DNA of 64,000 bases from the human T2T-CHM13v2.0 reference genome, Homo sapiens: assembly GCF_009914755.1 (NCBI RefSeq), contig NC_060931.1; one strand, given 5' to 3'. The translations under genes and the position numbers were made by a program. Positions 57,446 through 64,000 of the stretch are shown here, piece after piece (within the stretch, counting starts at the first letter, position 1; every line of letters starts with the position of its first letter). The notes under the pieces are model-generated. The model saw only the letters and a list, made by a program, of their open reading frames with translations, was not told the origin of the DNA and searched no databases.

Positions 57446-58731
57446 AGGACTAGAATGTGGGCATTAATAGCTATTTTAATAATTTCTCTTTAACTCTTAG
57501 AGACAACAGAAGCCATTGGAATAGAAGCATTTCATCATAGGAAGGACAATATTGACTGATTGATTGATTGCTTTGTCACACTAGTTGTCTTGTTAGGAAT
57601 AAACTGTAGAGGGCAAGGGCAAAAATCAGAAAGGCCAGTCAAGAGACTATTGCAACAATTCCAGTGAGAGATGGTGACTTGATCAGAAAGGCTTATTAAC
57701 TGACCAATTACTGAAGGGAAGCTGGAGGGAATGGAGAATGGAAAAGTTTTGAAACGGTCTGTATGGAGTAAGTGCGTGATATTGGAAGGAAAGTCACTGA
57801 CAAGGAGAGAATAGAGTAACGGAAATAAAGACAGGAATTATCATTAAAATACTTGATGATTGCATATAGGCAATTTGCAAAGAGGAAGAGTAGGAATACA
57901 AAGAATACTAAGAGAATACTTGCTAGAAGTGCCAAAAACAGGCAAAAATTAATTGATTAATTAATTAATTTTTAAAAAAATAAAAAATAAACCACGTTCA
58001 GAGTGATTACCACTTTGGGAAATCTGCCTACCATCATTAAAATTGACAGACACTGGTGGCCACTAACTTAGTTTAGTCAGGTCCAACTGTCAGAATGACA
58101 TGACTCCTGTCACTGTTGCCAGATTTGTGGGATATTGGAGCCAACGTAAAATGGTTTTCAAGCTTATTCTGAGAATATAGAAAGTTACCAAATAAAAAGA
58201 GGAGCAAAGTTTGTTTTTCCCTGAAGATTTCCTGAGTGAGCTTTACAAAAACTTTTGAATTCTCTGAAAATATACTGAATCATGTTCTGTTCTGTTTCTG
58301 AACTGTTTGAACCTCTTGGGACCTGTAGGAATTGCTAACAAGCTCTTAAATGTCTCCATTGCACCATATCATTTTTAGACCAATTTATCTCATCTTTGGG
58401 CAATGTGCTATACACAAAATATTTCTGTTTTATGTTTCTTTTCTAATTTGTCTCTGCGTAGCCTGCAAACTAGTGAAGTTCTTTGCCCTCCATCAGATAG
58501 GAATAAGAAAGCCAAGAAACTAAGTTTCTAACACAAAGTGCAAGGTTTTCCCATAAATTTTAAGTTCTTTTTTGATAAGATGTCTAGTGAGAAGTGAAGG
58601 CTATATACAGCTGTTTACTGTACAACTGTTACAGCTGTACATGATTAGTGTAGAAATTTAAAACAAGTAAAATTTTTGGTATTTGCAATGTAGTTTAATT
58701 GTGTATAATTATGATATTATTACTTCTATGA

Positions 58732-58979
58732 TTTTTTAAGATAGGGTCTCACTCTGTCTTCTAGGCTGCAGTGCAGTGGCACAGTCATGGCTCACTATAG
58801 CCTTGACCTCTCAGGCTCAAGCCATCTTTCCAAATTAGTTGGCTAACTTTTAAAACTGGTTTGTGGAAACAGAGTCTCACTATGTTGCCCAGGGCAGTTT
58901 GTAACTCCTGTGCTCAAGTATCCTCTTGCCTCAGCTTCCAAAGTGCTGGAATTCCAGGTGTGAGCCACTGTGCCTGGCC
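58732..58979 (-). mobile_element. AluJ-like with internal deletion
   Basis: Antisense, diverged. Confidence 0.85.
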
Positions 58980-59944
58980 TACTTCTATCATTTTTCTTTC
59001 CCTTTTTAAATTAAACTCTTGGGTTAAAGGTAAAATACAATCCAAAAGTGTTTTTTAATAAAAATCATGGATAATGGAGGTATTCTATATCAGGACACCT
59101 GTAATACATTCAAGAATGTAGCCAGAAAAAGTTTTATAGCCCTAAACCCTTTTATTAATAAAAATACAAATTATAAATGAATGAAATTTTCATGTTAAAC
59201 AAGATAAGAAAAACAAACAGAAAAAATAAAGGAACAATAAAGCAAAAAATAAACAATATTTGCTTTATCAATTTATCTAAATTGAGAAACACATAATTAC
59301 TAAATAAAAATAATATTTTTTGGTAAAAAATTTTCAAGAGAGACCAATTACTAGCTACCTTAACTGAGGTATATGTATAATAAAAGGACAAGGAGGAAGT
59401 AACCATTGACATGACATATGATGCATTTAAAAAATCCTACAATCTCTCTGTTATATATTTGAAAGATATAATGATAATTTCCTACAGAAATATAATTTGC
59501 CCAAATAGGCCCTACTATATGTAAAAAATTTAAATAAGCTAATTTCTCTATCAGGAAAAGAAAAATTTATCAAGACACTTCCTCAAAATCAATCATTAAG
59601 CCCAGATGATTTCAAGGAAGACTTGTATCAAAATTTCAAAGCCTGGATAGTCCCAATGATTTTGAAAATTTTTGCACCTTATAAAAAAGAAAATTTCAAA
59701 AAATTAAGGAAAATCTAATACTTTTTGTAAAGTAAGTATGACATTTATACCTAAACCTAATACAGTTAGAAAAGAAAATTATAGACAAATATCAGTTATT
59801 AATATTGATTGAAATGTAAAAATATTAGTAACAATATAACACATCATTAAGAAACTGATACATTTTGATCAAGTGTGATTTATTCTGGGAATATGATATT
59901 GATACAATATTAGGAAATTCATTGATATAAAAACCATATGAATC

Positions 59945-60461
59945 TTCTGGTTTGATGATTTGCTAGGAGGACTCATAGTCTTATTCATGGCTATCATATA
60001 TTACAGTAAAAGGATGCAAAGCATATAAGTAAAGGGAAAAGGCATATGCGGCAATGTCCAGTGAAAAACAAGTATGAAAGTTTCTAGGAGTCCTTTCCCT
60101 GTGGAATCATATGGGCTGTGCTTAATTCCCTCAGCAACAACTTTGGACAACATACATGAAATGCTGTCCACCAGGGAAGCTCATTAGGGATTTAGTGCCT
60201 AGGGTTTCTATTAGGGGATAGTCAGGAGGCACCTTCTGCCTAGCACCTATCAAAATTCCAGACTCCTAGAAGGAAAGAAAAAGGTTAGCATAAACTACAT
60301 TTTTTGTACAAGCAGTTTAGGCACAGTGAGCCATTCTTACCCATCAGAGTGATGGTAATCCTTCCAAAATCTAAGTTCTCAGCATCAGCCAAGCCTAATC
60401 TTTTAATCAGGCCTTTCGAAGGATAGAAATCAGGTCTGCTATATGTTAACTCTTTCTGCAC
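59945..60461. mobile_element. MER21-like LTR fragment
   Basis: ggtttgatgatttgctaggaggactcata...ccaccagggaagctcatt...tgttaactctttctgcaca. Confidence 0.7.
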
Positions 60462-62420
60462 ACCATATTCATACATCTAAAAGTAAAAACCAGCTATTTT
60501 TCCTCTACAGAAGATGGAAAGTCCTTTACAAAATGTATGATTTATTCCTGAGAGATGAAAAAAAGTACAAAATTGTTAATTGATGTTTACTTTCTTAACA
60601 TGATATGGGAATTTTATATAATCTTAGTCCTAGAATCAGTATTTTACTTAATTCAGAAACACTACTTGTATTTCCAATAAGATTTTAAAGAATGTATTGC
60701 ACTCTTCTTACTAATGTTCAACTTAATAGTAGAGGTTAGCCAATTCAGTTAGACAAAATGAATCATTTAGAGACATAAGAATCAGAAACAAAAAGGAAAG
60801 CTATTTATATTTGTAGATGATAAGGTTTTGTAACTAGAAAACCGTAGAGATTCAGTAATAAAACTAAATTAAAATAAAACAATTCAACAGTACAGTAAAC
60901 ATTAAAATAGCATATCTAATACATATACACAAGTAACACATGTAACATAGTTACACAGGTAACATAACACAGGTAACACAGGTAACATAGTTACACAGGT
61001 AACATAATAACACATAAAATCAATATTCAACAATAACTATAAAATACTAAGAGATAAGTGTAAGAAGAAATGTGTAAAATCTACATGAAAAAAATTTAAA
61101 AGGCCTGAAAAATATAAAATTAAAATTATTAAAATGGGAAGAAGTCTTTTACTTTTGTGTGAGGTGCTTAAACTTTATAGAATACAGCTTAGCTCCCTAT
61201 AAGTTAATTTATAATTTGGCTGCAATCTCTATGTTAATAAGTTTCTTTACATAATTAGACAAGTTGATACTGAAATTACATGTAAAAATAAACATACAAA
61301 ATAAATATAAAAAATATACAAAAGAAATATAAACATATAAAAGTATACAAAATGTACAAAAATACACAAGTAAATATACAAAATTAACTTGGAAATACTA
61401 AAAAGAAAGCTGTAGTATAGGGGAAGAAATTAGCTTTACCCGATACTAAACATACTATATAAAAACCTTACAATTAAAACTGTGCATTGGTGCATGCAGA
61501 CATACAGTGAAATAGGATAAAGAAGTAGTTATATAATAGAAATAAATGCAAGTAAAAAATAAACTTTAGTTTATGATAAAGGTAGAATCTTAAAACACTG
61601 AGGTGATGAGGAGATTTGTAATGCATAGCTCTGGGATCAATCAATCAATCAGTTTGCCATTTTGAAAAAGACATAATTAAATCCCTTCTCACATTATATA
61701 AAATAATAATTAAAATAAATGTAGTATTTACTTTTTTAAAGAAATCAAAACATTTCAGGATGAGATAAAACAGAGATGAATTTCTATATAACCCTATGTA
61801 GGTAAAATTCTTCTAAGTCTGAATAAAATTTCAGAGGTAATGAAAAAAATTAGTGGAACATTTGACTACATCCAAAAAAAAAAAAAAAAGAGAAAGAAAA
61901 ACTTTGCAAAGCAAAAACACCATATAGAAACATCAAAATACAATTGAAAAACTGGGAGAAAATATTTGCAACATTATTTTAACAATAAAAGACTTTTTTA
62001 ATTAATACAAATTGGGAGGAAAAGACTAAAAATTTGATAGAAACATAAGGGCAGAGATGTAAACTGACAACTCACAAGAATATGTCAAAAGCTCTTAGAC
62101 ATATGAACATTTATTTAACTTTTCTTATTATAAGGGAATTATCAATATAAACTGAGATATTATTTCTTTTATGTCATTTTAGCCAAGTTTAGATAGAAAG
62201 ATGAGAGAGAGAGACAGACAGGCTGATGGAGGAGTTACAGCACTCTTTGGTGAGGATATGTGGAAAATGCACTCCCATGAACTTCTGAGGAAATGCACAT
62301 TCCTAAAGAAGGATTTTTGGTTTTATCCAAAAAATCTACATAGTAACTTACGGCTAAGCAATTTCACTTCCACAAATCTAAGCAAAAGATAGGATATCAC
62401 AAATTTAAGCAGAAGATAGG

Positions 62421-62425
<5 letters not shown>

Positions 62426-62459
<34 letters not shown>
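62426..62459. repeat. (TG)n microsatellite
   Basis: Seen directly. Confidence 0.95.
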
Positions 62460-62461
<2 letters not shown>

Positions 62462-62474
62462 CAATAATTATAAT

Positions 62475-62782
62475 TTTCTTTTTTTTTTTCTTTTCTTTTT
62501 TTTAGACAGAGTCTCACTCTGTCACCCAGGCCAGAGTGCAGTGGTGAGCTCTGGCTCACTGCAGCCTCCACCTCCTGGGTTCAAATGATTCTCCTGACTC
62601 AGCCTCCTGAGTAGCTGGGACTACAGACGCGTGCCACCACGCCCTGCTAATTTTTTGTATTTTTAGTAGAGACAGGGTTTCACCATGTCAGTCAGGATGG
62701 TCTCGATCTCCTAACCTCATGATCCACCTGCCTTGGCCTCCCAAAGTGCTGGGATTACAGGCGTGAGCCCTCGTGTTTGGAC
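62475..62782 (-). mobile_element. AluS-like
   Basis: Antisense dimer. Confidence 0.93.
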
Positions 62783-62914
62783 ATTTAGCTAATTTTTAAC
62801 TATAATATTTTAAATAGTTAAAATAGCTAATTTTAACTATTTAAAATATTACAGTTAAAATTAGCTATTTTAACTATTTAAAATATTATAGTTTAAAATT
62901 AGCTAAATGTCCAA
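62777..62914. repeat. Inverted repeat with 62-bp arms and 14-bp spacer
   Basis: 62777-62838 is the reverse complement of 62853-62914 with one mismatch. Confidence 0.92.
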
Positions 62915-63687
62915 TTAAATGTATAATTTAAAATATTATAGTTAAAATTAGCTAAATGTCAAAACAAAGGAGATTGACTAAATCAGAAATGTATGCAGAC
63001 ACAGAGTACTATGTAACTGTAAAAAAAGAAAATTTTAAGTTAATAGAGTATGATTATATTATAATTGTATATATAATTATAATATGTAGCAGGCTATTTT
63101 TAGGTAAAATAAAAGTATAAAAAAACTATACTCTATGTTGTGTTTAAAAATGGGAGGAGATAATAAAACATTCTGGTGGCTCCTCTAAAATCAAAAGTGG
63201 GAATACTAAGCCAGAAAGCAGAGGTGGATGGGAACATAGTGAAAATAATAGAATGAAGGGGGTAACATGTCAGTTCTCTGAATATACATTATGGTATGCT
63301 TCTGATAATTGGAACCATGTAAATATTTCACGTATGAGAGAGTGTGAGAGAACAAAAATAATCAATAATTATGGCAAAGGTACCATAAATAAAATTCAAA
63401 CAGAAATAGATGAACCAAACTAAATTCAAATAAATAATATGATCACCCTGAAATGGCTAATGAACTAACCCAGCTAAAGCATGAGGACTACATTTGGACT
63501 ATATACCTTCAAGCTCAAAACAAACACACTTTTAAACAAATATTAAAGTCTAGTTAGGAAGATTTTTGCAGAATTTAGGTTAGCATTTCTGAAATTTTTT
63601 ATTGCACTTTCTAAGATTGAGCAAGCAGTTAAATATAACATGAATAATTAGATCTTATTTCTCACTGTTATGCTCCTATTCTAACAT

Positions 63688-63734
63688 TCTCTTTCTCTCT
63701 CTCTCTCTCTCTGTCTCTGTCTCTCTCTCTCTCT
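63688..63734. repeat. (CT)n microsatellite
   Basis: Seen directly. Confidence 0.9.
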
Positions 63735-64000
63735 GATCTCATCTGTTTCTTTGAGTTCTGCTTGAACTTTTGGAATATTTTCTGTGTATTTCATGGGATA
63801 TTATTAGTTATTTTATAGCGTTGCATTTTTTATTATTTCTGTAAAATGTTACCTTTATTTGCCTTTCCAAGTCTTGTCTTACATTATCACATTTTTTAAA
63901 TTAAGAAACTCTCATTTTTAAATTCCGGAAACAAAATTTATCTTTTGTTCATTCTGTTTCATCAACACAGCAATAATAATTCCTTCTGCCTGTCTTTCCT

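Larger units (their letters stand above)
59050..63330 (+). mobile_element. Very old L1ME-like ORF2/3' remnants
   Basis: Collinear degenerate ORF2 motifs (gatcaagtgtgatttattctgggaatatga; tatatttgtagatgata; aactgggagaaaatatttgcaac). Confidence 0.6.

Overview
Human (primate) genomic DNA, AT-rich and dense in repeats. I recognise it as the RUNDC3B/ABCB1 antisense overlap at 7q21.12. The + strand carries three RUNDC3B coding exons of the RUN domain: a 51-nt cassette (35790-35840), a 134-nt exon (42303-42436) and an 86-nt exon (52453-52538), all with AG/GT boundaries and consistent phases. The - strand carries the non-coding upstream first exon ('exon -1') of ABCB1/MDR1 (about 55206 to 55044, donor AAG|GTAAGG), about 0.8 kb downstream of a co-oriented HERV-K-class solo LTR (MER11D-like, 56041-56943). 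Bases 1-27.7 kb are almost entirely nested L1, Tigger1 and Alu elements; nearly all ORFs in the supplied track are repeat-derived or spurious. I found no new protein-coding or RNA system. The most unusual structures are a ~9.8-kb double-headed L1 inside one apparent target-site duplication (TSD), an Alu with an 87-bp non-Alu segment inside its TSD, a 62-bp-arm AT-rich palindrome, and RBFOX motifs behind the RUNDC3B cassette exon. Gene identities and repeat subfamilies come from recalled sequences and were not searched; repeat boundaries are approximate.
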